A DNA stretch of 63,993 nt, counting the filler, from Licmophora abbreviata (lineage: Eukaryota): assembly GCA_900291995.1 (NCBI GenBank). It is 9 parts of 9 records of this genome, joined end to end, with 100 filler letters (N's around TTAATTAATTAA, not from the genome) between each part and the next. Parts side by side here need not be neighbours in the genome. Positions count along the whole stretch, not along the records: positions 21,231 to 28,316 come from OLMU01005533.1; positions 28,417 to 41,178 come from OLMU01005534.1; 7 more parts are not named here. One strand, 5' to 3'. The notes beneath the pieces are model-generated. The model had not been told where the DNA came from, did no database searches, and saw only the letters and a list, made by a program, of their open reading frames with translations. Below are positions 26,398 through 38,066 of this stretch, one piece after another. Position 1 is the first letter of the stretch. Every line of letters begins with the position of its first letter. Made by a program: the position numbers and the translations under genes.

Positions 26398-26721
26398 TTA
26401 GAATAAACATATACGATAAAACACACCTGGTGGTAAATCTGCTTGTGATAATAAATCAAAGATTTCAACCTCTGAGTCATAATAAATTTCTAGTATTCTT
26501 TTATGTACTCGAACTTCAAAATGTTCTCGTGAATCTTTATCGACATGCGGAGATCTTAATACACAATAAATACGTTTGTTGGTTGGCAATGTAACAACCC
26601 CAATAGAATTTAAAGGAGTATTTTGTAAGATATTAACAATTTTCTGACATGAAGAAACTAAAAGCTCATGATTAAAAGATTCTAATCTTACACGAATTTT
26701 TGAATCCGTTTTTCTTTCCAT
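26398..26721 (-). CDS. rps10: 30S ribosomal protein S10
   Basis: VLRSPHVDKDSREHFE. Confidence 0.97.
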   Translation of the reverse strand: MERKTDSKIRVRLESFNHELLVSSCQKIVNILQNTPLNSIGVVTLPTNKRIYCVLRSPHVDKDSREHFEVRVHKRILEIYYDSEVEIFDLLSQADLPPGVFYRICLF

Positions 26722-26733
26722 ATAAATTTTTAA

Positions 26734-27963
26734 TTATTTAACAATTTTAGAAACTACACCTGCTCCAATAGTACGACCACCTTCACGAATAGCAAATCGC
26801 ATACCTTCCTCAATTGCAACAGGATAAATTAATTCAGCTGTCATTTTAATACGATCACCTGGCATTACCATTTCTACTACAGATCCATCATCAGCAGTGA
26901 ATTGTGTAATTGCGCCCGTTACATCTGTTGTTCTTACATAAAATTGTGGACGATAACCTGTGAAGAAAGGAGTATGACGACCACCTTCATCTTTTGTTAA
27001 AACATATACTTCCGCTTCAAAATTGGTATGCGGCGTAATAGTTCCAGGTTCGGCTAATACCATTCCACGTTCGATATCTTCACGTGTAACACCACGTAAT
27101 AAAATACCTACATTATCACCAGCAAAACCTTCATCTAATGTTTTTTGGAACATTTCAATTCCAGTAATGATTGTCGTCTTTGTTTCAGTAATACCAACAA
27201 TTTCAACATTATCACCTACTTTTATAACACCACGTTCAATACGACCTGTCGCAACTGTACCACGGCCTGTTATTGAGAAAACGTCTTCAATTGCCATTAA
27301 AAATGTTTTTTCTGTGTCACGTACTGGAGTTGGAATATATTCGTCAACAGCATCCATTAAAGCATAAATTTTATCGACCCATGGATTATCACCACGACGG
27401 ATGTCTGGATTAGAAGAAATTGCTTCGATCGCTTGTAATGCAGATCCAGGGCAAATTGGAATATCATCACCAGGAAAATCGTAAGCAGAAAGTAATTCGC
27501 GAACTTCTAATTCTACTAATTCTAATAATTCTGCATCATCAACTTGATCTTCTTTGTTTAAAAATACTACTATATCTGGAACACCTACTTGTTTTGATAA
27601 TAGAATATGTTCACGAGTTTGTGGCATTGGACCGTCTGCTGCTGATACTACTAAAATAGCACCATCCATTTGTGCTGCGCCAGTAATCATATTTTTTACA
27701 TAGTCAGCATGACCAGGGCAATCTACGTGCGCATAATGACGGTTTTCAGTTTCATATTCTACATGTGCTGTATTAATTGTAATACCACGTGCTCTTTCTT
27801 CTGGAGCACCATCAATATCTGAATAATCCTTAACAACTGAATTTCCGTCTAGAGCTAAAGTTGCAGTAATTGCAGCTGTTAATGTTGTTTTACCATGATC
27901 TACGTGACCAATTGTACCAATATTAACATGCGGTTTTGTACGTTCAAATTTTTCACGTGCCAT
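26734..27963 (-). CDS. tufA: Elongation factor Tu
   Basis: [17 protein letters not shown]. Confidence 0.99.
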   Translation of the reverse strand: MAREKFERTKPHVNIGTIGHVDHGKTTLTAAITATLALDGNSVVKDYSDIDGAPEERARGITINTAHVEYETENRHYAHVDCPGHADYVKNMITGAAQMDGAILVVSAADGPMPQTREHILLSKQVGVPDIVVFLNKEDQVDDAELLELVELEVRELLSAYDFPGDDIPICPGSALQAIEAISSNPDIRRGDNPWVDKIYALMDAVDEYIPTPVRDTEKTFLMAIEDVFSITGRGTVATGRIERGVIKVGDNVEIVGITETKTTIITGIEMFQKTLDEGFAGDNVGILLRGVTREDIERGMVLAEPGTITPHTNFEAEVYVLTKDEGGRHTPFFTGYRPQFYVRTTDVTGAITQFTADDGSVVEMVMPGDRIKMTAELIYPVAIEEGMRFAIREGGRTIGAGVVSKIVK

Positions 27964-28034
27964 TTTAAAATTCCTTTAAAGTTTTAAATTATAATTTTTT
28001 ATTAAGCTTTTAGCGAGGATAAAATATTTCAAAA

Positions 28035-28644
28035 TTAATATCTAAAATGAGCGAATGCTTTGTTAGCTTCCGCCATTTTGTGAGTTTCTTCTTTTTTCTT
28101 TATAGTATTACCTATATCGTTTGCGGTGTCAATAATTTCATTCGCTAATTTAATTGCCATACTTCGTCCGGCACGTTGATCTGCATACCGAATAATCCAA
28201 CGTAATGCTAAATTTGTTGCTCTAAATCCACTAACTTCAACAGGTACTTGATAAGTAGAACCACCAACTCGTCTTGCTTTTACTTCAACAATTGGACTTG
28301 CATTACGAATAGATTTNNNNNNNNNNNNNNNNNNNNNNNNNNNNNNNNNNNNNNNNNNNNTTAATTAATTAANNNNNNNNNNNNNNNNNNNNNNNNNNNN
28401 NNNNNNNNNNNNNNNNTTTTACTTCAACAATTGGACTTGCATTACGAATAGATTTTTCAAAAACTGCTAATGGATCTTCATTTGTTTTTTTCTTTATGAT
28501 ATCAAATGCTTGATAAACAATATTTTTTGCTAAATTTTTTTTACCAGATTTTAAAATTCTTGTAATTAATAAACTAACTAAATAACTATTGTAAATGGAA
28601 TCCGCTTCTGGGAATCTTTTTTTTGAAATATTTCGACGAGACAT
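28035..28644 (-). CDS. rps7: 30S ribosomal protein S7, interrupted by a gap linker (the two contigs overlap by 39 bp)
   Basis: 5' part [10 protein letters not shown]...PIVEVK; 3' part [12 protein letters not shown]...[13 protein letters not shown] ending at 28035. Confidence 0.96.
28317..28416. other. Artificial gap linker inside rps7
   Basis: N44-TTAATTAATTAA-N44; 28278-28316 is repeated at 28417-28455. Confidence 0.98.
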
Positions 28645-28713
28645 AATATAATTTAGAAATTTTTTCTTAGTATGATTAATTTAATGAATTATTAAAGTAT
28701 ATAATTTATAATT

Positions 28714-29092
28714 CTATTTTTCAGCTTTTGGTTTTTTAACACCATATTTTGAACGTCCTTGCGTTCTATCTTTTACACCACCAGTATCTAAAGCTCCCCG
28801 GATTATATGATAACGAACACCCGGTAAATCTTTTACACGCCCACCCCGGATTAATACAACAGAATGTTCTTGTAAGTTATGACCAATCCCAGGTATATAT
28901 GCTGTTACTTCGAATCCTGATGTTAATCTAACCCTTGCTACTTTTCGAATAGCAGAATTTGGTTTTTTGGGAGTCGTTGTATAAACGCGTGTACAAACAC
29001 CGCGTCGTTGAGGGCAATTAACCAAGGCAGGTGATTTTGTTTTTTTTTATTTGTATACGTCGTGAACGAACTAATTGTTGTATAGTTGGCAT
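28714..29092 (-). CDS. rps12: 30S ribosomal protein S12 (frame break in T-run 29040-29048, probable sequencing error)
   Basis: [12 protein letters not shown] start at 29092; [11 protein letters not shown] and [10 protein letters not shown] downstream. Confidence 0.96.
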
Positions 29093-29128
29093 AAAATTTT
29101 AAAATTTTTTATAAGTATATTACGTTAA

Positions 29129-29347
29129 TTATTGCTCAGTAAAATCTAATTGATATTTTTTCATAAATTTTTCAACTCGACCTTCACTATCAATAAGAAC
29201 TTGTGAATCTGTATAAAAAGGATGGTTTGCTAACCAAATATCAACTTGTAATTCACGCTTTGTTGAACCAATTAAACATAATGGTTTTCCATCACAAAGA
29301 ATTGGTGTATCTTTGAACCATGTAGGATGTATTTCTGATTTTGGCAT
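29129..29347 (-). CDS. rpl31: 50S ribosomal protein L31
   Basis: MPKSEIHP...NHPFYT...GRVEKFMKKY. Confidence 0.96.
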   Translation of the reverse strand: MPKSEIHPTWFKDTPILCDGKPLCLIGSTKRELQVDIWLANHPFYTDSQVLIDSEGRVEKFMKKYQLDFTEQ

Positions 29348-29368
29348 ATCTTAAATATAATAAAAATA

Positions 29369-29785
29369 TTAACGTTTTGAATATTGTGGAGCTTTTCGAG
29401 CTTTTCGTAAACCATATTTTTTACGTTCTTTAATACGTGCATCACGTGTTAAAAGCCCAAATGGTTTTAAGACAGGACGATTTTGTTGATCTATTTTACA
29501 TAATAATCTTGCAAGTCCTAATTGAATAGCTTCAGTTTGACCGGTTAATCCACCTCCTTTTACTAAAGCAATAATATTATATTGTTTATCTATATTTAAT
29601 TTTCGTAAAGGAGACCAAACTGTATTCAAATAACTTTCATTATATTGTAAATATTTTTCTCCAGGGACCTTATTTATAATAAGATTTCCCTCTCCAGGAA
29701 CAAGAAAGACTCGTGCGATGGCTTGTTTTCGTTTTCCAAGGCCAATTTTATCTTTTTGGAAAACTAATTTCACTTCAGAACTCAT
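29369..29785 (-). CDS. rps9: 30S ribosomal protein S9
   Basis: GGGLTGQ, ERKKYGLRKARKAPQYSKR. Confidence 0.98.
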   Translation of the reverse strand: MSSEVKLVFQKDKIGLGKRKQAIARVFLVPGEGNLIINKVPGEKYLQYNESYLNTVWSPLRKLNIDKQYNIIALVKGGGLTGQTEAIQLGLARLLCKIDQQNRPVLKPFGLLTRDARIKERKKYGLRKARKAPQYSKR

Positions 29786-29899
29786 ATATCTTAAATATCA
29801 GTAATTAAATTTAGTTTTATTTTTTCTACAACCTTTGAAAATTGTTATTAATTTTAAATTCCTCTGGAAACTAATTACCTCACAATAGTCATTAAACTA

Positions 29900-30366
29900 T
29901 TATGAAGTTTGTACATTAGTATCAATATCAAATTGAAGATTTTCCATATCTAATTTAATTGGGTTTTGTGCATTATGTGGATGATTTTGATCTCGATATA
30001 TATTTAATCGTCTCATTAATCTTTTCGTTTCTGTTTCAGATAACATCCCTTTCACAGCTCGTTCAATAGTTAATGTTGGAAGGCAATCTGACACATTTTT
30101 AATTTTCAGTGAACTCCCAGGTTTTCCAGGTTTGTAAACAAGATAATGCTTACTATCTTCATTTAGTATGATAGAATCTGCATTTATCAAAACGATGTAA
30201 TCACCAACATCTATTGAAGGATAATAATGTGGTTTTATTTTTCCTTTTAATAATTTAACTATTATTGTTGCTAATCGACCTAATTTTTGACCTTCGCAAT
30301 CAATAATAAACCAATTACGATTTTCGTATTTATTACTTGGTAAAATGTTTTATTTAATGAATTCAT
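29900..30366 (-). CDS. rpl13: 50S ribosomal protein L13 (frame break at 30342-30345, probable sequencing error)
   Basis: Manual reading MNSLNKTF(L)PSNKYENRNWFIIDCEGQKLGRLAT...DVGDYIVLINAD...IERAVKGML...HPHNAQNP. Confidence 0.93.
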
Positions 30367-30424
30367 AACTTTTTTGAAATTAGATAATTAATAGTAATAG
30401 TTTGTTAAGAAATTAAGCTATTAA

Positions 30425-31360
30425 TTACTTTAGAATAATTCCTAATTTATTTTTTAAGGTTGAAAATACTTCATCTGCTGATTTGCGACCAAAATTTTTC
30501 AACTCTTGTAATTTTTCTGGAGAATATTGTAATAAGTCTCCAACCGTATTTATTTGAGCCTTTTTTAAACAATTATAAGCTCGTACTGAAAGTTGCAGTT
30601 CCTCAATTGCTATATTCGTATATGGCTCAATACTTATTAATTGACTTGTGCTCTCGATCTTAATATTTTCATTTGTACTTTTATTTTCGATCAAGGTAGT
30701 AAATAAGTCAATAATAATCTGTGCTGCAGATGTTACCGCTTCTTGAGGTGATAGACTACCATTTGTCCATATATCAATAAATAATCGTTCCGTTATACTA
30801 TTATTATTATCGTAAACATTTTCGATTTTGAAATCAACTTTTTGAACGGGCATAAAGATTCTATCTAATTGTAAATAATTGTCATCTTCACTCGAAAACG
30901 TCTGTGAAGCTAACTTATACCCAGTACCATATTCAAATTTAAATTCAATTTCGATAATATTTGAAGTTGAAATTGTTGCAATGTAGTGGTTAGGATTTAC
31001 AACTTCTAAATTTGGAGATAGTTGAATCGAATTAGCTGTAATTACTGTAGGTCCTTGAACTTTTAATCGTCCAAATTCCGGTTCAGTTGTTTTACCTTTT
31101 AAAACAATTCCTTTCAAATTTAATAATATTTCAAGAACATCTTCACGGACGCCCGGAATAATTGAAAACTCGTGTCTTACGCCTGCAATCCGAACAGCGG
31201 AAATTGCTGTCCCACCTAAGTCACCTAGAAGAACTCTACGTAATTGATTTCCAATCGTTATCCCTTGTCCTGGGCGTAGAGAATTTATTAAAAATTGTCC
31301 ATAATTTGCTCCCGAATCAATTTTTTCTGATTTGAGACACTTGATGGAAATATTATTCAT
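30425..31360 (-). CDS. rpoA: RNA polymerase alpha subunit
   Basis: ATG at 31360 (MNNISIKC); GQGITIGNQLRRVLL, LSVRAYNCLK, NFGRKS. Confidence 0.97.
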   Translation of the reverse strand: MNNISIKCLKSEKIDSGANYGQFLINSLRPGQGITIGNQLRRVLLGDLGGTAISAVRIAGVRHEFSIIPGVREDVLEILLNLKGIVLKGKTTEPEFGRLKVQGPTVITANSIQLSPNLEVVNPNHYIATISTSNIIEIEFKFEYGTGYKLASQTFSSEDDNYLQLDRIFMPVQKVDFKIENVYDNNNSITERLFIDIWTNGSLSPQEAVTSAAQIIIDLFTTLIENKSTNENIKIESTSQLISIEPYTNIAIEELQLSVRAYNCLKKAQINTVGDLLQYSPEKLQELKNFGRKSADEVFSTLKNKLGIILK

Positions 31361-31386
31361 ATTTAAATTTCGTAGAAATATAAATT

Positions 31387-31773
31387 TTAAACGCGACGTC
31401 GTTTTGGTGGTCGACATCCATTATGTGGAACAGCTGTAATATCTTGGATTGAAATAATATCAAATCCTGCACCTTCAATTGCTCGAATTGCTGTTTCACG
31501 GCCTGATCCTTGTCCCTTGACTAAAATTTCAACACTTTTCATTCCAGTGTTTAAAGCGTCTAAAGCTGCTTTTTCTGCAGCAGTTTGAGCCGCAAAAGGT
31601 GTACTTTTACGAGCTCCTTTGAACCCAGAGCTTCCAGCAGATGCCCAAGAGATAGTATCACCTGTCAAATTAGTAATAGTAACAATTGTATTATTAAATG
31701 TTGACTGAATGTGAACAACACCAGTGGTAAAATTATTCTTATCTTTAGTTGATTTTTTCGTTGTTTGTGCCAT
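31387..31773 (-). CDS. rps11: 30S ribosomal protein S11
   Basis: [31 protein letters not shown]. Confidence 0.98.
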   Translation of the reverse strand: MAQTTKKSTKDKNNFTTGVVHIQSTFNNTIVTITNLTGDTISWASAGSSGFKGARKSTPFAAQTAAEKAALDALNTGMKSVEILVKGQGSGRETAIRAIEGAGFDIISIQDITAVPHNGCRPPKRRRV

Positions 31774-31797
31774 ATTTAAGTAAAAATTTAGATATAA

Positions 31798-32175
31798 TTA
31801 TTTTTTCTTACCTGTAACCGTCTTTTTCGAGCCACGTCTTGAGCGCGCATTTGTTCGAGTTCTTTGTCCTCGAACTGGTAAATTATTTCTATGTCGTTTT
31901 CCTCTATGTGAATTTATTTCATTTAACCGTTTAATATTTAAACCATTGAATCTTCTTAAATCCCCTTCCAATTTTAAATCTAACTCAGGTCTTTCTAATG
32001 TTTCTCTTAATGCGATTGTTTGTTCTGCTGTAATATCACTAACCCTTGTTTCCGGATCAATATTTGCTATCTCAATAATTTTTTTTGCACTTGTTAAGCC
32101 AATTCCATGAATATATGTAAGACCATATGCAATTTTTTTACTTCTTGGTAAATCAACACCAACTAATCTGACCAT
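31798..32175 (-). CDS. rps13: 30S ribosomal protein S13
   Basis: LPVRGQRTRTNARSR. Confidence 0.98.
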   Translation of the reverse strand: MVRLVGVDLPRSKKIAYGLTYIHGIGLTSAKKIIEIANIDPETRVSDITAEQTIALRETLERPELDLKLEGDLRRFNGLNIKRLNEINSHRGKRHRNNLPVRGQRTRTNARSRRGSKKTVTGKKK

Positions 32176-32196
32176 TTTATAAACTCCTTTAAAATA

Positions 32197-32311
32197 TTAT
32201 CCTTGACGTTGTTTATGCTTTGGATTTGGACATATTACCATAATCTTCCCATGGCGTTTAATTACTCGACATTTATCACACACTTTTTTTTACTGAAGGA
32301 CGAACTTTCAT
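32197..32311 (-). CDS. rpl36: 50S ribosomal protein L36 (one extra base in T-run 32284-32291)
   Basis: Manual reading [37 protein letters not shown] after removing one A. Confidence 0.94.
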
Positions 32312-32342
32312 TATAGATTCTTAATTAATTTTTTAACTTCGT

Positions 32343-33599
32343 TTATTGATACATATTGTTATAAATATTAGAAAAATAAATATTTTTAACCTCACGAACT
32401 AAATCTAACACTACACCAGCCATAATTAATAATGATGTTGTACTTAACCCATTAAGACTTGAAATATTTAATGTAACTTCTATGAAGTTTGGTACAGTAG
32501 CTAAAATAGCTAACATAATCGCACCAACGAATGTTATGCGTTTCATTATTTGTTTTAAATAAAAAGTGGTTTGAATACCGGGTCGAATACCAGGTATCGT
32601 TACTGCCATTTTTTGTAATTGATCAGAAATATCTTTTGGATTTAATACGATAGTAGAATAAAAAGAACTAAAGATTAGAATTAATACGAAGTAACTGATC
32701 CAATAAATGAATTTTGATGATTCTAAAAAGACGGGAAGATTAAAACTTGGTAAAATACCTAGACTACTAATATAATTTGGTACAACCAAGATTGCCGTTG
32801 TTAAAATAATTGGCATTACACCTGCTTGATTGAAACGTAAAGGTATATAGTTATTTGATGTTAACGAATCTTGCAATGAAGACTGATTTAATTGCTTTGA
32901 TGAAATTAATGGGATAATACGAACCCCTTCTTGCAATAAAACAATACCGTATAACGAAACAAAAATTAATCCAAGTACCCCTAAAACCGAAGTAATAGTT
33001 AAATTTTGTCCATTTTCACTTATTATTTTGTTGCAAAGATTTGGTAAGCTTGAAATAATATTTGTATAAATCAAAAGTGAAGCGCCATTTCCTAATCCAT
33101 AATCAGTAATTAATTCACTCAACCATAAAACTATCATCGAACCAGTAGTTAACCAAATAACAATTTCAAATGCTAGCCCAATATTCCAATCGAATAAAAT
33201 TTGTTTTAAATAAATGGCAAGACTTACACTTTGAATTACAGCCCAAATTAAAGTGATAAAACGTGTTAAACGATTAAGAGATCGTCGCCCATCAAGATCA
33301 CCTTCTTTTTGTAATTTTGAAAGTGTTGGATAAAAACTGATAATAAGTTGTACTAATATTGACGCGTTTATATACGGAAAAATATTTAACGTAAATAATC
33401 CAATTACAAACGTATTATCACCAGAAAATGTACTTACTAAACTTCTAGTAACAGAATGTGTTTGAATATAAAACCCTAAATCACTATGGTTAATCCCGGG
33501 TACAGGAAGAAATGTCCCTACTCGGATAAATAAAAGTACGCCAAGACTAACTAATAAACGCTTTATTATTGCATCCTTAATTTCTTTATTAATTTTCAC
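32343..33599 (-). CDS. secY: Preprotein translocase SecY (GTG start)
   Basis: IFPYINASI, GLGNGASLLI, AGVMPII, IPGIRPG. Confidence 0.97.
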   Translation of the reverse strand: MKINKEIKDAIIKRLLVSLGVLLFIRVGTFLPVPGINHSDLGFYIQTHSVTRSLVSTFSGDNTFVIGLFTLNIFPYINASILVQLIISFYPTLSKLQKEGDLDGRRSLNRLTRFITLIWAVIQSVSLAIYLKQILFDWNIGLAFEIVIWLTTGSMIVLWLSELITDYGLGNGASLLIYTNIISSLPNLCNKIISENGQNLTITSVLGVLGLIFVSLYGIVLLQEGVRIIPLISSKQLNQSSLQDSLTSNNYIPLRFNQAGVMPIILTTAILVVPNYISSLGILPSFNLPVFLESSKFIYWISYFVLILIFSSFYSTIVLNPKDISDQLQKMAVTIPGIRPGIQTTFYLKQIMKRITFVGAIMLAILATVPNFIEVTLNISSLNGLSTTSLLIMAGVVLDLVREVKNIYFSNIYNNMYQ

Positions 33600-33628
33600 T
33601 TTTTAATTTTTAATTCGAATATAGTAAT

Positions 33629-34165
33629 TTATTTTAAATCCCGGTTTCGTTTCTTTGCTACTTGAGATTTAGTAGTCAAATTATCCAGACCACAAATAGC
33701 CGCACGTGCGTTATTTAACAAATTATTTGATCCTAATTGTTTTGCAATAACATTTTTTACACCTGCAACTTCAAGAACAATACGAACTGCTCCACCTGCA
33801 ATAACACCAGAACCTTCAATTGCTGGTCGCATAATAATTTTACAAGCTCCAAAATTTCCAACTACATCATGTGGGATACTTAATGATTTTGTAATTGGAA
33901 GAGTTATTAAATTTTTTCGACCATCTGTTTTTGCTTTTTTAAACGCATTAACTACATCATCAGCTTTTGCAACACCAACACCAACTTTTCCATTCTCATC
34001 TCCAACCACTACAATTGCACGAAAACTTAATTTTTTCCCACCTTTAGTTACTTTTGAAACTCGACTAATTTTTATTAATCGTTCTACAAATTTTGGCTCT
34101 TGGGTATTATCATTACGTCGAGAATTTTTTTTTACTTTATTTAGTTGTTTTAAATCGCTACTCAT
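33629..34165 (-). CDS. rps5: 30S ribosomal protein S5
   Basis: RVSKVTKGGK, GSGVIAGG. Confidence 0.98.
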   Translation of the reverse strand: MSSDLKQLNKVKKNSRRNDNTQEPKFVERLIKISRVSKVTKGGKKLSFRAIVVVGDENGKVGVGVAKADDVVNAFKKAKTDGRKNLITLPITKSLSIPHDVVGNFGACKIIMRPAIEGSGVIAGGAVRIVLEVAGVKNVIAKQLGSNNLLNNARAAICGLDNLTTKSQVAKKRNRDLK

Positions 34166-34205
34166 AAAAATTATTTAACTTGTATACTTTTTTTCAAATT
34201 TTAAG

Positions 34206-34613
34206 TTAAAACTGCAGACCACCTGCTCTTGCTCCATCGGCTAAAGCTTTTATACGGCCATGGTATAAATAAGGACCTCGATCAAATACAATTTTTGTGA
34301 TATTTTGTTTTAAACTTTGTTCAGCTAATTTTTCACCCATTAATCTTGACGCATCACAAGTTCGCCCTGTTGAAATCAGAAGTTTAATTGCACGATCTAA
34401 AGTAGAACAAGCGACTAATGTTTTTGATTGAGAATCATCAATAATTTGGGCATAAATATTTTCATTTGATCGATAAACTGATAATCGTGGACGTTCACTA
34501 GTTCCTTTAATTTTGCCCCTTAAAGTTTCTCGTTTTAACTTCTTATATTTGCTAGGTTTTAATTTTTTGTTTTTATTTTTTAATTTTAATAAAGTTCGCT
34601 TTGAAAATTTCAT
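34206..34613 (-). CDS. rpl18: 50S ribosomal protein L18
   Basis: [30 protein letters not shown]. Confidence 0.98.
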   Translation of the reverse strand: MKFSKRTLLKLKNKNKKLKPSKYKKLKRETLRGKIKGTSERPRLSVYRSNENIYAQIIDDSQSKTLVACSTLDRAIKLLISTGRTCDASRLMGEKLAEQSLKQNITKIVFDRGPYLYHGRIKALADGARAGGLQF

Positions 34614-34712
34614 GATTATTATTTGTAATTTTTAAGAATGTAAGCATTTTATAATTCTTCTGAATTTTAAAATTTTATTCTTTTTTGAATTTAAAAGAGA
34701 CTCTGGAATTTT

Positions 34713-35249
34713 TTATTTAGCAGATTTACCCGCTTTTCTAAGAATTTGTTCACCTTTATAAAGAATGCCTTTACCTTTATATGGTTCCGGTCGTCTCCAA
34801 GCACGAATATTTGATGCAAATAAACCTAAAAGTTCTTTATCACAAGACTTTAAGTTTATTGTAGTATTTTGAACTACCTCAATTGAAATTGTGTCTGGAA
34901 TTTGCAGTTTAACGGGATGACTGTATCCTAAATTTAAAATAATTTCTTTACCTTGAACTGCTGCTCGATATCCTACACCTTTTAAAACTAGAGTAACTTG
35001 GAATTGCTCAGAAACTCCTATAACCATGTTATTAATTAATGTTCTATATAGACCATGTAGAGAACGAAGAGTTTTCGTATTCTCTTTTAAACTTACAATT
35101 AAAATACCGTCATTATGTTCAATTCCAATAGTGTCAGGAATTGTTGTTTCTAATGTTCCAAATTTACCTTTAACTGTAATTTCAGATCCATTATAATTAA
35201 CATCGACGTTTTCTGGTATAGTAATTGGTAATTTTCCAATACGTGACAT
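34713..35249 (-). CDS. rpl6: 50S ribosomal protein L6
   Basis: MSRIGKLPI, PEPYKGKGI. Confidence 0.98.
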   Translation of the reverse strand: MSRIGKLPITIPENVDVNYNGSEITVKGKFGTLETTIPDTIGIEHNDGILIVSLKENTKTLRSLHGLYRTLINNMVIGVSEQFQVTLVLKGVGYRAAVQGKEIILNLGYSHPVKLQIPDTISIEVVQNTTINLKSCDKELLGLFASNIRAWRRPEPYKGKGILYKGEQILRKAGKSAK

Positions 35250-35268
35250 TACTGAAACTCCTTATTAT

Positions 35269-35667
35269 TTACCAAATATGACATAAAACTTCACCACCAA
35301 TTCCAAGTTCTTTAGCTTTTAGATTTGTCATTACTCCTTTTGATGTTGAAATAATGGCTATTCCTAAATTATCTAAAACTTTAGGCAATTCTTTTGTATT
35401 TGAATAAACACGTAAACCAGGTTTACTTACGCGTTCAATTTTAGAAATGACTGGTTGTCGAGATTTTCCACTATATTTTAAAGAGATCAATAAATAACTT
35501 AATTTATCTTCGACATAATTTTCAAAGTCTTCGATAAATCCTTCTTCTTTAAGTATCGTTGCAATTGCTAACGACATTTTAGTAGCAGGAATTTGTACAA
35601 TTTGATGTTTTATCATATTTGCATTTCTAATTCTTGTTAGCATATCTGAAATGGTATCTGTAACCAC
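35269..35667 (-). CDS. rps8: 30S ribosomal protein S8 (GTG start, AAGGAG SD)
   Basis: [27 protein letters not shown]. Confidence 0.98.
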   Translation of the reverse strand: MVTDTISDMLTRIRNANMIKHQIVQIPATKMSLAIATILKEEGFIEDFENYVEDKLSYLLISLKYSGKSRQPVISKIERVSKPGLRVYSNTKELPKVLDNLGIAIISTSKGVMTNLKAKELGIGGEVLCHIW

Positions 35668-35701
35668 AATTATCTCCTTATAAAATATTAATATCTATTT
35701 T

Positions 35702-36418
35702 TTATTCTTGAGACCATCGTTTACGTTTTAAATGTTTTTTATGATCCCAAACTTGATTAATCTCAGAAAATGAAGAGTATTTTTCATAATAGCCACAATC
35801 ATTTAATGGAAATCTCAAAAATTTAAATAAAATCATTCCATTTAAAATTTTATCCATAGTTTTTGAACGATACTTTGGTGAACAATTTTCAATAACAAGA
35901 GTGATTGTAAATCCCTGAGCTTGTTCAACATCATCGTAATCAATTTCTGGAAAAATCAATTGTTCTTTTAAACCTAATGTATAGTTTCCAGACTTATCAA
36001 AACTTCTTAGAGATAAACCACGAAAATCACGAATTTGTGCGAATGTAAAGAAAATTAATTTTGTTAAAAATGTATACATTTTTTCACCTCTTAATGTTAC
36101 ACTCAAACCTAGTTCCATATCTTCACGGATTTTAAATCCAGCAATAGCCTTTTTTGATTTTGTAATCACTGGTTTTTGACCTGTAATTTTAACAAATTCT
36201 TCAATACTCTTCTTTAAAACATTAGTATTTTGAGCAGCTAGTCCTAAGCCTCGGTTAATCTGAATCTTTTTTAGTTTTGGTACTGTGTGATGATTTCTAA
36301 ATAGTTTCGGACTATTCTTTAGTAAAACTGGTTTTATGCCTTCTTCATACTCAGTCTTTATATCTTCAAGTAAGCGGTGAATTTCAGCAATTTCTTCTAA
36401 TGAATGTTGATTTAACAT
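35702..36418 (-). CDS. rpl5: 50S ribosomal protein L5 with N- and C-terminal extensions
   Basis: [37 protein letters not shown]. Confidence 0.97.
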   Translation of the reverse strand: MLNQHSLEEIAEIHRLLEDIKTEYEEGIKPVLLKNSPKLFRNHHTVPKLKKIQINRGLGLAAQNTNVLKKSIEEFVKITGQKPVITKSKKAIAGFKIREDMELGLSVTLRGEKMYTFLTKLIFFTFAQIRDFRGLSLRSFDKSGNYTLGLKEQLIFPEIDYDDVEQAQGFTITLVIENCSPKYRSKTMDKILNGMILFKFLRFPLNDCGYYEKYSSFSEINQVWDHKKHLKRKRWSQE

Positions 36419-36419
36419 A

Positions 36420-36668
36420 TTACGATACTTCTTTTATATTTAATTTTACATTGGAATGATGTATTGGAGCTTCAAATTGTTTGATATCACCTATATCATT
36501 TTCATTATTAGGTTTTATATGTTTAAACTTAAAATTAGTTCCTTTTACCAAAACTTTACCAGTTTTTTTATTAATTTTAATAATTTCACCTGTTTCATTT
36601 TTATTAAAACCGGATATAATTGTAACTGTATCACCGATTTTAACATGCATTTTTTGTTTTTTTGACAT
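36420..36668 (-). CDS. rpl24: 50S ribosomal protein L24
   Basis: KOW motif [21 protein letters not shown]. Confidence 0.97.
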   Translation of the reverse strand: MSKKQKMHVKIGDTVTIISGFNKNETGEIIKINKKTGKVLVKGTNFKFKHIKPNNENDIGDIKQFEAPIHHSNVKLNIKEVS

Positions 36669-37034
36669 TTATAACACCTCCGGTGCTAATGACACAATTT
36701 TAGAAAAATTCTTATCACGAATTTCACGAGCAACTGGTCCGAAAACACGTGTTCCACGCGGATTATTATCTGGATTGACAATTACGGCAGCATTATCATC
36801 AAATCGAATGTACATACCATCTTGTCGTCGTACAGTTTTTTTAGTTCTTACAACTATTGCTCTCACAACAGCAGAACGTTTTATAGGCATATTTGGAAGC
36901 GCTTCTTTAACAACAGCTATAATAGTGTCGCCAATTTCTGCATATTTTTTATTACCACCTAATACTCGAATACACATAACTTTTTTTGCACCAGTATTAT
37001 CGGCTACGGTTAACATTGTTTGAGGATAAATCAT
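36669..37034 (-). CDS. rpl14: 50S ribosomal protein L14
   Basis: [23 protein letters not shown]. Confidence 0.99.
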   Translation of the reverse strand: MIYPQTMLTVADNTGAKKVMCIRVLGGNKKYAEIGDTIIAVVKEALPNMPIKRSAVVRAIVVRTKKTVRRQDGMYIRFDDNAAVIVNPDNNPRGTRVFGPVAREIRDKNFSKIVSLAPEVL

Positions 37035-37045
37035 AAAAATATCAT

Positions 37046-37300
37046 TTAACTAATTAAAGATGATTTTGAAAGCACTTTGACTAATTTCCAACGTTTTCTT
37101 CTGCTTAATGGACGGCACTCTTGAAGTAATACTTGATCTCCAATACTACACTGACCTGATTCATCATGAGCTAAGTATTTTTTAGTTTTTACCATTGTCT
37201 TAGAATAAATCGGATGAGGATATCTATTTTCAACTTTTACCACAATTGTTTTTTGCATTTTATTACTAATTACAATACCAATTTGTTCTTTTACTGGCAT
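37046..37300 (-). CDS. rps17: 30S ribosomal protein S17
   Basis: [21 protein letters not shown]. Confidence 0.97.
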   Translation of the reverse strand: MPVKEQIGIVISNKMQKTIVVKVENRYPHPIYSKTMVKTKKYLAHDESGQCSIGDQVLLQECRPLSRRKRWKLVKVLSKSSLIS

Positions 37301-37350
37301 CTAAAACTCCTTACTTTTATAGTTATATTCTAAACGTATTTTCATTACTA

Positions 37351-37596
37351 TTAATTTGTAATTAAATTATTAAGCACATTTTTTTCATCTTGATTAAGCT
37401 CTTCTAATCGCACTGTTAATAGTGTTTTTAATTGAGCTAGTTTACGTTTAGCATATTTTATTTCATGTGATTTAAATGTTTGTCGTGTCGCTTTTTTAAA
37501 ACGTAACTTAAACAATTTATTTTCTGTCTCAATAATTGCTTCAGATATTTCTGTGTTTGAAAGTGAGCTAATATCATTAAATTGAGGTATACTCAT
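37351..37596 (-). CDS. rpl29: 50S ribosomal protein L29
   Basis: LFKLRFKKATRQ...KRKLAQLKT; position between rpl16 and rps17. Confidence 0.94.
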   Translation of the reverse strand: MSIPQFNDISSLSNTEISEAIIETENKLFKLRFKKATRQTFKSHEIKYAKRKLAQLKTLLTVRLEELNQDEKNVLNNLITN

Positions 37597-37602
37597 ATCT
37601 TA

Positions 37603-38016
37603 TTACGTATTATCTTTAATAATAAATTTTGTTTTTAATGGTAATTTATAAGCTGCTAAGCTTAATGCAGCGCGGGCAACTTCTTCTGGTACAGAACTAA
37701 TTTCGAATAAAATTGTTCCCGGCTTAACAACAGCCACCCAGTAATCAACGGCTCCCTTACCAGAACCCATTCGAGACTCAGCAGCACGAGCGGTTACAGT
37801 TTTATCAGGAAAAATTCGAATCCATAAAGAAGCCCCACGTTTTGTATACCGTGTAATTGTTCTACGAGCTGCTTCAATTTGACGAGAAGTAATCCAACTT
37901 GGCTCTAATGCTTTCAAACCAAAATCGCCGAAACAGATTATATTACCTTTCGTAGCTTTTCCTCGCATGCGTCCGCGATGATATTTTCTATATTTCGTTC
38001 TTTTTGGACTTAACAT
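37603..38016 (-). CDS. rpl16: 50S ribosomal protein L16
   Basis: [18 protein letters not shown]. Confidence 0.99.
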   Translation of the reverse strand: MLSPKRTKYRKYHRGRMRGKATKGNIICFGDFGLKALEPSWITSRQIEAARRTITRYTKRGASLWIRIFPDKTVTARAAESRMGSGKGAVDYWVAVVKPGTILFEISSVPEEVARAALSLAAYKLPLKTKFIIKDNT

Positions 38017-38066
38017 AATAAATTATTTTAATAAAACTATAAATTTTCTTAGTAAGTGAAAATTTT

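Noticed and set aside
27964..28034. Absence of fusA between rps7 and tufA, and of rps14/rpl15/infA/rps4/rpl17 in the cluster
   Set aside because: Normal for diatom plastid ribosomal clusters
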